From the NCBI GenBank assembly GCA_964637365.1, contig CAZWWH010000005.1, positions 18,980 to 82,979 on the forward strand: DNA of 64,000 nucleotides. The letters are read 5' to 3'. Under the pieces are notes generated by a model. The model was not told the DNA's origin. It searched no databases and was given only the letters and a program-made list of their open reading frames with translations. The position numbers and the translations under genes were made by a program. This DNA comes from an uncultured Peptococcaceae bacterium. Lineage in GTDB: Bacteria > Bacillota > Dehalobacteriia > UBA7702. Below, in pieces: positions 20,197 to 29,576 of this stretch. Positions within the stretch are counted from its first letter, which is position 1. Each line of letters opens with the position of its first letter.

Positions 20197-21699
20197 GTGT
20201 TACCGGAAAACTCGGTCTTTTTGACAAGGATGATGGAATATAGTATGGAAATAATCGGTATTCTTTTATCGGTGATTGCCATTGTATTGCTTGTTATGGT
20301 CCTTCTGCTGCTGAAGCGGCAGAAGGACTTTGACGGCAAGGATGAGAAAATCACTGCCCTCCGCCAACGGTTGGCGGGGATGGAACAACATTTGACCTCT
20401 CTGAAAGAACAACTTTCGGAAGAGTCCCGTGCCAATCGAGAGGAAATCACCAAGCATATTCAAGGCTTTGGCCAGGCTGTTCACAGTCAAATCAGTGAGC
20501 AGGGGCTGAACCAGCAGAAGCAAATCGGCGAGCTGACCCATAGCAATGAGGAAGGTATGGAGCGGCTCCGTACTACCATGGATCAGAAAATGGAGATCAT
20601 CCGCAGCGGCAACGAGGTCAAGCTGGAACAAATGCGGAAAACCGTTGAGGACAAGCTGGCAGAATCGGTAAACCGCCTCAATGAGCAGGGAGTCTCCCAG
20701 AATAAGCAGTTGGCGGAATTGTCACGCGGTAACGAGGAGAGCCTGGAGCGCTTGCGTATTACTATGGATTCCAAATTGAATCTGATGCGAGAAAATAACG
20801 AAGCCAAGCTGGAGCAGATGCGAAAAACTGTGGACGAAAAGCTGGAAACCACTTTGAACCAGCGCATCAATGAATCCTTCAATCTGGTGAACGAACGTTT
20901 GGAACAGGTTCATAAGGGGTTGGGGGAAATGCAGAGCTTGTCCACAAATCTGACGGATATCAAAAAAATCTTCTCCAACGTCAAATCCCGCGGGGTTTGG
21001 GGAGAAGTGCAGTTGGCCCATATTCTGGAAGAAATTCTAACACCGGAACAGTATGAAGCCAATGTCGCCACGAAAAAACGCAGCCTAGAACGGGTAGAAT
21101 TCGCCGTTCGTTTGCCGGGCCGTGATGGTGACAGCGGCGTGATTTATTTGCCCATTGATTCGAAATTCCCTGTCGAGGATTATCAGCGTCTGCTGGATGC
21201 TGAGGAAATCGGCGATCCCGTTGCCGTGGATACCTGCCGCAAGGCATTGGAGAGGGCCCTGAAGAACGCGGCCAAAACCATTCACGACAAATACATCAAT
21301 CCACCTGTGACTTTGGAATACGCTGTGATGTTTTTGCCTACGGAAGGGCTTTACGCAGAAGCGCTGCGGCTTCCCTCCTTTATGGATGAGGCGCAAGAGA
21401 AATACCAGATCATGGTGGCTGGACCCACCAGTCTCGCGGCGCTGCTGAACAGCATTAAGCTGGGCTTCCGCACTCTGGCCATTCAGGCGAAAAGCGGTGA
21501 GATTCGGAAACTGCTGGGAACCATTAAGACGGAAATGGGGCGTTTTGAGGATGCTCTGGAAACCGCCCAGAAAAAAATCAGCGAGGCTGACAACGCTTTG
21601 GGTAAAGCCAGCGATCGCGGTCGGATTCTTAACAATAAACTGAAAAAAGTGGAATTGCCACAGGGACAGGAAAAAGAATCATTGTCCAATGAGGCTTGA
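20197..21699 (+). CDS. rmuC: RmuC DNA recombination protein
   Basis: N-terminal TM helix, long coiled coil and the conserved C-terminal RmuC nuclease-like region ('VEFAVRLPG...YLPIDSKFP...AVMFLPTEGLY'). Start uncertain (GTG 20197, ATG 20230 or ATG 20245). Confidence 0.85.
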   Translation: MLPENSVFLTRMMEYSMEIIGILLSVIAIVLLVMVLLLLKRQKDFDGKDEKITALRQRLAGMEQHLTSLKEQLSEESRANREEITKHIQGFGQAVHSQISEQGLNQQKQIGELTHSNEEGMERLRTTMDQKMEIIRSGNEVKLEQMRKTVEDKLAESVNRLNEQGVSQNKQLAELSRGNEESLERLRITMDSKLNLMRENNEAKLEQMRKTVDEKLETTLNQRINESFNLVNERLEQVHKGLGEMQSLSTNLTDIKKIFSNVKSRGVWGEVQLAHILEEILTPEQYEANVATKKRSLERVEFAVRLPGRDGDSGVIYLPIDSKFPVEDYQRLLDAEEIGDPVAVDTCRKALERALKNAAKTIHDKYINPPVTLEYAVMFLPTEGLYAEALRLPSFMDEAQEKYQIMVAGPTSLAALLNSIKLGFRTLAIQAKSGEIRKLLGTIKTEMGRFEDALETAQKKISEADNALGKASDRGRILNNKLKKVELPQGQEKESLSNEA

Positions 21700-21792
21700 T
21701 ATTAAAAATCTAAAAACGTTTGGCTTTTTCATCAATTGGGTATATAATACAATATAGTTATATAGTTATATAGTAGAAGGAGATTGGATATC

Positions 21793-23271
21793 ATGGATAA
21801 TTATCGTCTGAGATTTGCTCCCAGCCCCACCGGGCCTTTGCACATCGGCGGCGCCCGTTCCGCGTTGTTCAACTATTTGTTGGCCAAAAAGCATAACGGT
21901 ACCTTTGTCGTTCGTGTAGAGGATACGGATTTGGAGCGCTCCAGCAAAGAATCGGAAGAAAATATCAAAAACAGCCTAAAATGGTTAGGCATGGATTGGG
22001 ATGAAGGCATTGACGTGGGCGGTGAATACGGCCCCTACCGTCAGATGGAACGCCTTGATATCTACAAAGCCGCCATTGACAAACTGTTGGCCGAAGGAAA
22101 AGCCTATTACTGCTTTTGCAGTGAAGAGGAATTGACAGCGGAAAAAGAAGCCCAGCAAGCCAAAGGTGAAACCCCGAAATACAGTGGTAAATGCCGTGAC
22201 CTCACTCCGGAACAGCAGCAGGAACTGCTGGCCAAAGGCATCAAGCCTGTGATTCGTTTCCGCGTGCCCGAGCATGAGCAGGTGGTTATTGACGACTTAG
22301 TGCGTGGGGAAGTGACCTTTGATACTGATGGGATTGGGGATTTTATCATTGTGAAATCCGACGGAATTCCCGTTTACAATTTCGCCGTAGTTTTGGACGA
22401 TGTTACCATGAAAATCAGTCATGTGATCCGTGGGGAAGAACATCTGTCCAACACCCCGAGACAAGCGGTAATTTATGACGCTTTGGGCTATGAACGTCCG
22501 AAGTTTGCTCATATTTCCCTGATTTTGGGCCGTGACAATGAAGGCAAGCTGACGAAAATGAGCAAGCGTCATGGCTCCACCTCCGTAGTGGCTTATCAGG
22601 AAATGGGCTTCCTCCCCGAAGCCATTGATAATTTCCTGGCACTTTTGGGCTGGGCTCCCGAGGGAGAAGAAGAATTGTTCACTTTGGAAGAGCTGACCCA
22701 GCAATTCTCCTTGGAACGGGTTTCTAAAAGCCCCGCTGTTTTCGACATGGAGAAATTAAAATGGATCAACGGTATGTATATCCGTAAGGCCTCTGCCGAA
22801 CGTTTGCTGGAATATGGTCTTCCCTTCCTGAAAAAGGCTGGTTATGTCGATGAGGAACCCACCATGGAACAAATGATTTGGGCCATGATGACCATTGAGG
22901 CCTTAAAGAATCATATCAGCTGCTTTAGTGAGTTGCCGGAAATTGTTGATAAATATCGTGGAAAGGTCTTCTATAATGATGAAATCTTAGAGGATATCAA
23001 AGCCAATAAGGAAATCATCGTTACGGTTATGACCGCAATGAAGGAAAAATTAGAAGGTATTCAGACCTTGAATGCTGATACCTATCAGCAGATTCTGAAA
23101 CAGATTCGCAAGGAAACGGGTTACAAGGGCCGCAACCTGTTCCATTCCATCCGCGTGGCTAAAACCGGGGAAGATCATGGTCCCGATTTGGACAAGCTGG
23201 CCATTGTGATGGGCCGTGACTTGATGTTGGAACGGACCAATGAGTTCTTGGAATTCGCCGCGACGCTTTAA
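21793..23271 (+). CDS. gltX: glutamyl-tRNA synthetase
   Basis: 'RFAPSPTGPLHIGGAR' (HIGH) and 'KMSKRHG' (KMSKS). The ATG at 21793 lies 10 nt after AGGAG. Confidence 0.97.
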   Translation: MDNYRLRFAPSPTGPLHIGGARSALFNYLLAKKHNGTFVVRVEDTDLERSSKESEENIKNSLKWLGMDWDEGIDVGGEYGPYRQMERLDIYKAAIDKLLAEGKAYYCFCSEEELTAEKEAQQAKGETPKYSGKCRDLTPEQQQELLAKGIKPVIRFRVPEHEQVVIDDLVRGEVTFDTDGIGDFIIVKSDGIPVYNFAVVLDDVTMKISHVIRGEEHLSNTPRQAVIYDALGYERPKFAHISLILGRDNEGKLTKMSKRHGSTSVVAYQEMGFLPEAIDNFLALLGWAPEGEEELFTLEELTQQFSLERVSKSPAVFDMEKLKWINGMYIRKASAERLLEYGLPFLKKAGYVDEEPTMEQMIWAMMTIEALKNHISCFSELPEIVDKYRGKVFYNDEILEDIKANKEIIVTVMTAMKEKLEGIQTLNADTYQQILKQIRKETGYKGRNLFHSIRVAKTGEDHGPDLDKLAIVMGRDLMLERTNEFLEFAATL

Positions 23272-23282
23272 GGAAAAAATCG

Positions 23283-23313
23283 CCGCGCCTTAATGATGGA
23301 GGCGCGGTTTTTC
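23283..23313 (+). terminator. rho-independent terminator after gltX
   Basis: CCGCGCC / GGCGCGG stem with an 11-nt loop, followed by TTTTT. Confidence 0.7.
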
Positions 23314-23525
23314 TATTTATGAAAACAGGAAGAAAGACGCTCTGTTCTTAATGGGGAACAGAGCGTTTGCGCATCATTTTACAGCGACGGAGAGAATATA
23401 ACAAACCATTTGAAGAAACTGTTTGAAACTGCGGGCACGATGTTTCAAATAATATTTCACACTATTTTTACAGTTTATTGATAAAAATGTATAGTTTAAC
23501 ATTTATACTAAAAACGTAAAAGCAT

Positions 23526-24848
23526 ATGAGGAGAAATATTATGAACGTTTCTTTATGGAAAAAACATTGGCAGAAAGCGGTCTGTGTATTTGCAGTGTTG
23601 GCTGCTTTTGTCATTGCGATTTTGGGAACCACGGTATGGGCCGCCGACGCCGCAGAATTACCCGGCGCCCCCTATGATGATGAGGGAAATTATGATGTCA
23701 CGATCCCTCATATATTGGTGAATCAGGTCTATGGCGGAAGTGACGACGGATATGCTTCCCACAGCTTTATCGAACTTTATAATCCCATGGAGCAAGATGT
23801 TTTTCTAGAGGGATGGTCAGTGCAATATCGTTCTTCGGAAGATGGCGCCCAGGCCGACGCTTGGGCGAAATATGACCTCCACGGAACCATTAGAGCCAAG
23901 ATTACTACTTGATCCGCTATCCGCTGCGCTGCCATGACCGATGATTCCAATGTGGCTTATCAGGTGCCATCGGGCGATGGTCAATGGAAAATGTCTCTTC
24001 ATAACAAAGGCATATCTGTGGCTTTGATGAGCAATCAGACTCTTTTGGAAACCAATGACGTAATGTCCGCAGCGGGTTTTGTGGATTTGGCCGCGGCCAA
24101 TGGTAATGATGGCGAACCAGAACAATATGCCCCCGCGGTGGAAACTGCTGCTGATATTCAGTCCAAGAAAAAGGCTATCCGGCGGGTAGGTTTTGTGGAT
24201 ACCGATGATAACAGCGCCGATTTTGTCGCGATCAATTACAGCAATCCTGTTTCCGATGACCTTGGTCCTCATGGTGCCGCTCCGGAATTTACTGATGTGG
24301 CGGAAGACGCCTGGTATGCTTTGGCGGTGCAGTACACGGTGGAAAAGGGCTGGTTTCGGGGGATAACGGAAACGGCCTTTGGTCCTGATGTAACCATGAC
24401 TCGCGCTATGTTCGTCACTGTTTTGGGACGCCATGAGGGAATCGCCGACGCTTCCGCCGATACCCCCAGCACCACAGACTTTACCGATGTAGTTCTTACG
24501 CACTACTACGCCTCTCATGTGAACTGGGCGCAGGAAAATGAGGTTGTGGAAGGTTACAGCGACACGATTTACGCTCCCTTTGATGATGTTACTAGAGAAC
24601 AAATGGTGACCATGATGTACCGCTATGCTGCTGTTACGGGAAAGGACATTACCGTAAACGGTCTTGATGGTTTGAACCGCTTTAAGGATGGCGATAAAGT
24701 GGCGGACTGGGCCCAGGAAGCCATGGCTTGGGCTGTGGAACAGGGGATTATCTAGGGAATGGGGGACGATATGATTTCTCCCAAATCTACTGCCATCAGA
24801 GCACAAGTGGCCACAGTGTTACAGCGCTTCTTTACTGAATCAATATAG
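23526..24848 (+). pseudogene. lamin-tail-domain (LTD) plus SLH-domain surface protein, interrupted by in-frame TGA (23910-23912) and in-frame TAG (24753-24755)
   Basis: The two track ORFs (23526-23912 and 23934-24755), together with an unlisted 93-nt tail after the TAG (24756-24848), share one frame. Signal peptide present. LTD motif 'SFIELYNP...GWSVQYRS'. The SLH repeats continue past the TAG as 'GMGDDMISPKSTAIRAQVATVLQRF'. Confidence 0.8.
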
Positions 24849-25171
24849 CTGTAACCTCAAATGATGCTCCTTGAATCAATTTCACATAAGTCACAACGTA
24901 CCAATTTAGAATCATAAGAAATCGCTTCTTACCATTTTGAGTATTCGCGGAAAACGCCGAAGGATCGCTTTTGCCCTCCTTCGGTGTTTTCTCCAATAAA
25001 ATGGGAAAGACTATGCCTTGTCAGCCATAAAAGGGATGAAGATCTCGAAGAATTTTTGGGGTTTGGCGCAAGGAGATTGCCATAATCGCGGCGAATGTTA
25101 TAAGGATATGGAAAGGGGTTTGTCTGAGGGCTGTGATTCCGTCATAGTGATTCCAGAAGAAAGGTGTTTGT

Positions 25172-26311
25172 ATGTTTGATAAGCGAATGAAGCGAGTCCT
25201 TCTATGTATTACATACGGTGTGGTTTTGGCTTTTTTACTGAGAGATCTCAGCGGCGTGGCATCGTTTTTGGTCTGGATTTGGCAGATCATTTCTCCCTTT
25301 GTGTTAGGGGCCTGCCTTGCCTTTATTCTCAGCATACCCGTGGGATTCTTTGAACGGATTTGGCTGAAGCACATCAAAAGAGAGCGTTTTAAAAAAATGA
25401 TGCGTCCTCTGTCCATCGTTGTTTCATTAATACTTTTTATTGGCATTGTTGTGCTGGTGATTTTTACAGTGATTCCGGAATTGGTACGCTCCTTCGCCAA
25501 AATTGCAGAAGAAATTCCTGGTTTTCTCGTTCAGACCCAGGAGTGGATCAACACTTTGCCAGTCAGCTGGAATGAGGTTCAGGATTATTTAGGAAAAATA
25601 GAATTCGATTGGAATTCCACGAAGGGAAAACTGATTCAGTTGGCCCAGAATTCCATTTCTGTGTTCTTTAGTTCCACTGTTGGCATGGTGTCGTCGGTGA
25701 TCGGTGTTTTCGTGTCCTTTGGTATCGGTATTGTTTTTGCCGTGTATCTCCTGTTTGCCAAAGAAAAGGTGTCGCTTTGGAGTAAAAAGATTTGTTACGC
25801 TGTTCTTCCTCAAAGAGTTGCCGACAGAGCTGTAGAAATTGCTCGTTTATCCCATGGCACCTTTGCCCGATTTTTGACAGGACAATGTACCGAGGCTTTA
25901 ATACTCGGCGGAATGTTCTTTGTGGCAATGACGATTTTGAGAATGCCTTATGCTCTGTTAATTGGTGTATTGATTGCAGTGACTGCGTTAATTCCTATTT
26001 TCGGCGCTTTTATCGGCTGTATTGTCGGTGCATTTTTGATTTTAATTGTCAATCCCATTCAGGCTCTTTGGTTCATTATTTTATTCCTCATCCTCCAGCA
26101 AATTGAGGGGAACTTGATTTATCCCCATGTGGTAGGGAATTCTGTGGGACTCCCGGCGATTCTCGTGTTGGTAGCGGTGACGGTAGGCGCCAATCTTATG
26201 GGGGTCTTAGGGATGTTGCTCTTCATTCCCATTGTTTCTGTTCTCTACGTATTGTTGCGCCAAGGCGTCGACCATCGTTTAGAAAAAAAAGGCATTGATG
26301 GTACTTTTTAG
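25172..26311 (+). CDS. AI-2E family transporter (PerM/YdbI-like)
   Basis: Multi-TM protein with the conserved 'IPIFGAFIG' and 'LILQQIEGNLIYPHVVGNSVGLP' motifs. Confidence 0.9.
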   Translation: MFDKRMKRVLLCITYGVVLAFLLRDLSGVASFLVWIWQIISPFVLGACLAFILSIPVGFFERIWLKHIKRERFKKMMRPLSIVVSLILFIGIVVLVIFTVIPELVRSFAKIAEEIPGFLVQTQEWINTLPVSWNEVQDYLGKIEFDWNSTKGKLIQLAQNSISVFFSSTVGMVSSVIGVFVSFGIGIVFAVYLLFAKEKVSLWSKKICYAVLPQRVADRAVEIARLSHGTFARFLTGQCTEALILGGMFFVAMTILRMPYALLIGVLIAVTALIPIFGAFIGCIVGAFLILIVNPIQALWFIILFLILQQIEGNLIYPHVVGNSVGLPAILVLVAVTVGANLMGVLGMLLFIPIVSVLYVLLRQGVDHRLEKKGIDGTF

Positions 26312-26374
26312 GATCCTAAGCTGTAAGGAAAAGCATATCTTTATAAAGACGTGCTGATAAGCTGAAACGAAAGA

Positions 26375-26417
26375 CTTACCCCTATTCCTTTTCGATGGAA
26401 TAGGGGTAAGTTATTTT
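26375..26417. terminator. terminator hairpin between convergent AI-2E and EamA genes
   Basis: 14-bp perfect stem CTTACCCCTATTCC / GGAATAGGGGTAAG, followed by TTATTTT. Confidence 0.8.
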
Positions 26418-26473
26418 ATCATCTTTCCCAAATTTCAATGATCTGGAATATGGGGATTTCCATAATCGAAGGA

Positions 26474-27346
26474 TTATTTTTTCGGAAAAAGTTCCAACAG
26501 CGCAATGGCGGTTAATACCAGAATAACGCCAAAGCCTTGCATTGGAGCGATTGACTCTCCTAAAAAGGCGGCGGCCATGGTAATACTGAAAACAGGCTCC
26601 ATGGAGCCAACAATTCCAACCTTGCTGGGCGGAAGATATTGTAGTCCCCAGGCATAAAAGATGAAGGCTAAGGTATAAGGAATGGCCAAAATCAATATGG
26701 AGAGAAAATCCATTGCGCTGGGTATTTGTTCCGGCAAACAAAAGGGCAAGGTCAAGCAGTACAGCAGGGATGTGACGGTAAAGCAGCAAAAGTTGATGGC
26801 AAGTCCACTGTAAGAGGAAGAGAGATTCTTGACGAAAATGGCGTAAATAGCGATGCCTGCCGCGGCGCTCAGCACCAAGAGAATTCCGGGAAGGGACAGT
26901 TTTCCCAGATCCGCGCTGAAGATTCCAAGGGTAAGAAGAATGCCTAAAAACGTCAAAATCATCGCGGTAAGCGTGACTTTCGTGGGCTTTTCTTTATAAA
27001 CGAAGATGGAGGCAGCCACTAGCATCGCAGGATAGGTATAAAGCAACACCACGGCTATGGAAACGTCGAGATATACTAAGCTCAAAAAATAGCCGGCAGA
27101 ATAGACGAATAGTACAAAGCCCAAAATGATAAAGGTTTTTATGTCCTTTTTGGCGATGGAGATCTTTTCCTTTTTCACCATGAGAACTAAAAAGCCCAGA
27201 AGGATCGTGCAGATAATGGTGCGCAAAACCAATGTGAGCATTGGCGGTAGGCCGTCTGTAATAAGGAATTTACTGATGATACCGGTTAGGGCATAGCCCA
27301 AACTGGATAGTAAAACATAGATGAACCCTTTTTTACTTTGCGTCAT
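26474..27346 (-). CDS. DMT-superfamily (EamA) transporter, paralog 1
   Basis: 10-TM protein with two EamA halves. The internal ATG at 27346 ('MTQSKKGFIYVLLSS') overlaps the stop of the upstream paralog by 4 nt. Confidence 0.8.
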   Translation of the reverse strand: MTQSKKGFIYVLLSSLGYALTGIISKFLITDGLPPMLTLVLRTIICTILLGFLVLMVKKEKISIAKKDIKTFIILGFVLFVYSAGYFLSLVYLDVSIAVVLLYTYPAMLVAASIFVYKEKPTKVTLTAMILTFLGILLTLGIFSADLGKLSLPGILLVLSAAAGIAIYAIFVKNLSSSYSGLAINFCCFTVTSLLYCLTLPFCLPEQIPSAMDFLSILILAIPYTLAFIFYAWGLQYLPPSKVGIVGSMEPVFSITMAAAFLGESIAPMQGFGVILVLTAIALLELFPKK

Positions 27347-28311
27347 AGTCGCTCGTTGCCTTTCTCTATTGTCCGAGGTTTTTTCTTGATAAAGTTGAGT
27401 AAAAGATGCCCCTTTTCCATAAAAAGAATTCCGCCGAATACCAGTACGCAGCCGAGGAATTGCCATATGGTGAGGCGCTCACCCAGAATTAAAATGGCCA
27501 TAGAAACACTGAGGACAGGATCTAAAGTCACCAAAAGACTGGCCTTGCCCGCGTCAATATACTGCATGGACAGAGCATAAAGCGTATAGGCCGCCAAACC
27601 CACCAATGCCATGACGATGATACCGATGAGAGCTGTGTTCTCCCAAGAATACGAAGCAATATGTGGTGTGCCGATAAGAAAGAAAATGGGAAATCCCATA
27701 AAATAGCACCAGGAGTTTACAGTCCAACCGGGATAAAATGCATTGAGCTTTTTCGTAAAAATTGTGTATAGGGAGCTTAAAAGCCCGGACATCAGCCCGA
27801 TAAGAATACCGAAAATGGCAGAGGGCATACCAAAAATTTTTGCACCCCCATCAGCAGACAGGGAGCCGATATTGAAAATCTCAATGATGAAAAGAATGCC
27901 CAGGAAGGCCATGATCATAGCTATGACTTTTGGGGCTGTAAAGGCCTCTTTCAGCATGATGCGGGATAGAAGAACCGTAAATACCGGTAAGGTGTAAAGG
28001 AGCACCGTGGCGACAGCCGCATCAATATAATAAAGGGAGCAATAGTTGCACACAGAGATAAAGCCAAAGCTGAGCCCATTGAGAATGAAGAGATGAAGAT
28101 GTTCCTTTTTGATTTGGAATACATAACGGGCAGAGCAAAGTGCGTATATCAACAGTAGTACAGCGGGAATCATGCCCCGCAATGTCACCACCACTTGCCA
28201 GGGCAAACCTACGGCAAACATCAGTTTCCCTAAGATTGGTCCCAGGGAATAGCAGAAGGCCGCCAGCAGACAAAGAATCACTCCTTTGTGTTCGATGGAT
28301 TTCGTTGCCAT
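27343..28311 (-). CDS. DMT-superfamily (EamA) transporter, paralog 2
   Basis: 10-TM EamA architecture. Closely similar to paralog 3. Confidence 0.85.
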   Translation of the reverse strand: MATKSIEHKGVILCLLAAFCYSLGPILGKLMFAVGLPWQVVVTLRGMIPAVLLLIYALCSARYVFQIKKEHLHLFILNGLSFGFISVCNYCSLYYIDAAVATVLLYTLPVFTVLLSRIMLKEAFTAPKVIAMIMAFLGILFIIEIFNIGSLSADGGAKIFGMPSAIFGILIGLMSGLLSSLYTIFTKKLNAFYPGWTVNSWCYFMGFPIFFLIGTPHIASYSWENTALIGIIVMALVGLAAYTLYALSMQYIDAGKASLLVTLDPVLSVSMAILILGERLTIWQFLGCVLVFGGILFMEKGHLLLNFIKKKPRTIEKGNERL

Positions 28312-28360
28312 AATGAGACACTCCTTGCACAGTGCTGCGGAATAGGTTTTTGGGGTCTCC

Positions 28361-29287
28361 TTAGCCTATTTTTTTTGAACGGAGGAAGTTTAGTACGAGA
28401 TATCCTTTTTCAATAAAGATGATGCCGCCCAAAACTAAGACGCAGCCAATGAATTGAAAAATAGTCAAATGCTCTCCTAAAATAAAGATGGCCATAGTTA
28501 CGCTGAAAACTGGATCTAAGGCTACAAAAAGGCTGGCTTTGCCGGCGTCAATATATTGCATGGAAAGGACGTAAAGGGAATATGCGGCAAAACCAATCAT
28601 GGCAATGGCCAAAACGCTGGCCAAGGAGAAGCCACTCCAAGAAAACGCAGCAATTTCTCGAAATCCCACAATCAGAAAGATGGGGAATCCAGCAAAAAAG
28701 CACCAACAGTTTACGGTCCAACCGGAATAGTATTGATTGAGTTTTTTGGTGAAAATGGTGTAAAATGCGCTAAGCACGCCGGACATGATGCCGATGAGGA
28801 TGCCGAAAATTGACGAGGGAATTCCCAACACTTTGGTGCCGTCCGAAACAGCCAGAGAGCTGATATTGAATACCTCAATGATAAAGAGTACACCGCAGAA
28901 CACCATAATCATAGCGATAATTTTCGGAGCAGTAAAAGCTTCCTTTAAAATAATGCGGGAAAAAATTACGGTAAACACCGGCAAGGTATAGACCAGCACC
29001 GTGGCGACGGCCGCGTCAATGTAGTACAGGGCGCAATAATTACACACGGAAAATAGGCTGAAGCTGGCGCCGTCTAGAATAAACAGGGGCAAATGCTTTT
29101 TCTGGATTTGAAAGACCTCCCGAGAGAAACAAAGGCTGTAAATCAGAATCAGCATTGCCGGAATCATGCAACGTAAAGAAACGACGACTTGCCAGGGTAA
29201 GCCCGCGGAAAACAGCAGTTTTCCGGTAATGGGTCCCAGAGAAAAGCAAAACGCCGATATGATACAAATGAGAATACCTTTTTTTTC
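28361..29287 (-). CDS. DMT-superfamily (EamA) transporter, paralog 3
   Basis: 10-TM EamA architecture. About three quarters identical by eye to paralog 2 over the N-terminal half. Start 'MEKKGILICI'. Confidence 0.85.
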   Translation of the reverse strand, partial: EKKGILICIISAFCFSLGPITGKLLFSAGLPWQVVVSLRCMIPAMLILIYSLCFSREVFQIQKKHLPLFILDGASFSLFSVCNYCALYYIDAAVATVLVYTLPVFTVIFSRIILKEAFTAPKIIAMIMVFCGVLFIIEVFNISSLAVSDGTKVLGIPSSIFGILIGIMSGVLSAFYTIFTKKLNQYYSGWTVNCWCFFAGFPIFLIVGFREIAAFSWSGFSLASVLAIAMIGFAAYSLYVLSMQYIDAGKASLFVALDPVFSVTMAIFILGEHLTIFQFIGCVLVLGGIIFIEKGYLVLNFLRSKKIG

Positions 29288-29576
29288 CATAATAACTCCT
29301 ACCAATTACGAATTAGGAGATATGCAATATGTTTTATGTATAATTATTTTATAAAAGAAAGAAAAAAATCAATTTCATTATAGCACCGACCTGAAAAAAA
29401 TGGAATAGTTTTTGACGAAATGATGAAATTTTTGCGAAAGACGTGGTTTGATTTTATAAAGTGGCCAAAATCTTGCGAGGATAGGGCGAGATAAACGTTA
29501 CCGAGAGGATGCGTTTTGCATGGTATGAAATAATATGGTATAATAAAAGCACGTAATCACAGTGGGGAGGGATTGC

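Noticed and set aside
21700-21792. T-box leader upstream of gltX
   Set aside because: The intergenic region is only ~90 nt, with no specifier-loop or T-box sequence.
23910-23912. In-frame TGA as a recoded sense codon (Sec or Gly/Trp reassignment)
   Set aside because: TGA clearly terminates other genes in the window, for example at 378-380 and 2231-2233. No SECIS-like hairpin is evident. The surrounding residues are garbled relative to the LTD motif recovered in another frame.
24753-24755. In-frame TAG in the LTD-SLH gene read as pyrrolysine (the window also has a corrinoid-activase gene)
   Set aside because: The codon sits in an SLH repeat where Gln (CAG) is expected. No pylTSBCD genes or methylamine methyltransferases are visible. 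The same gene carries an independent TGA/frameshift lesion, so decay or sequencing error is the simpler reading.
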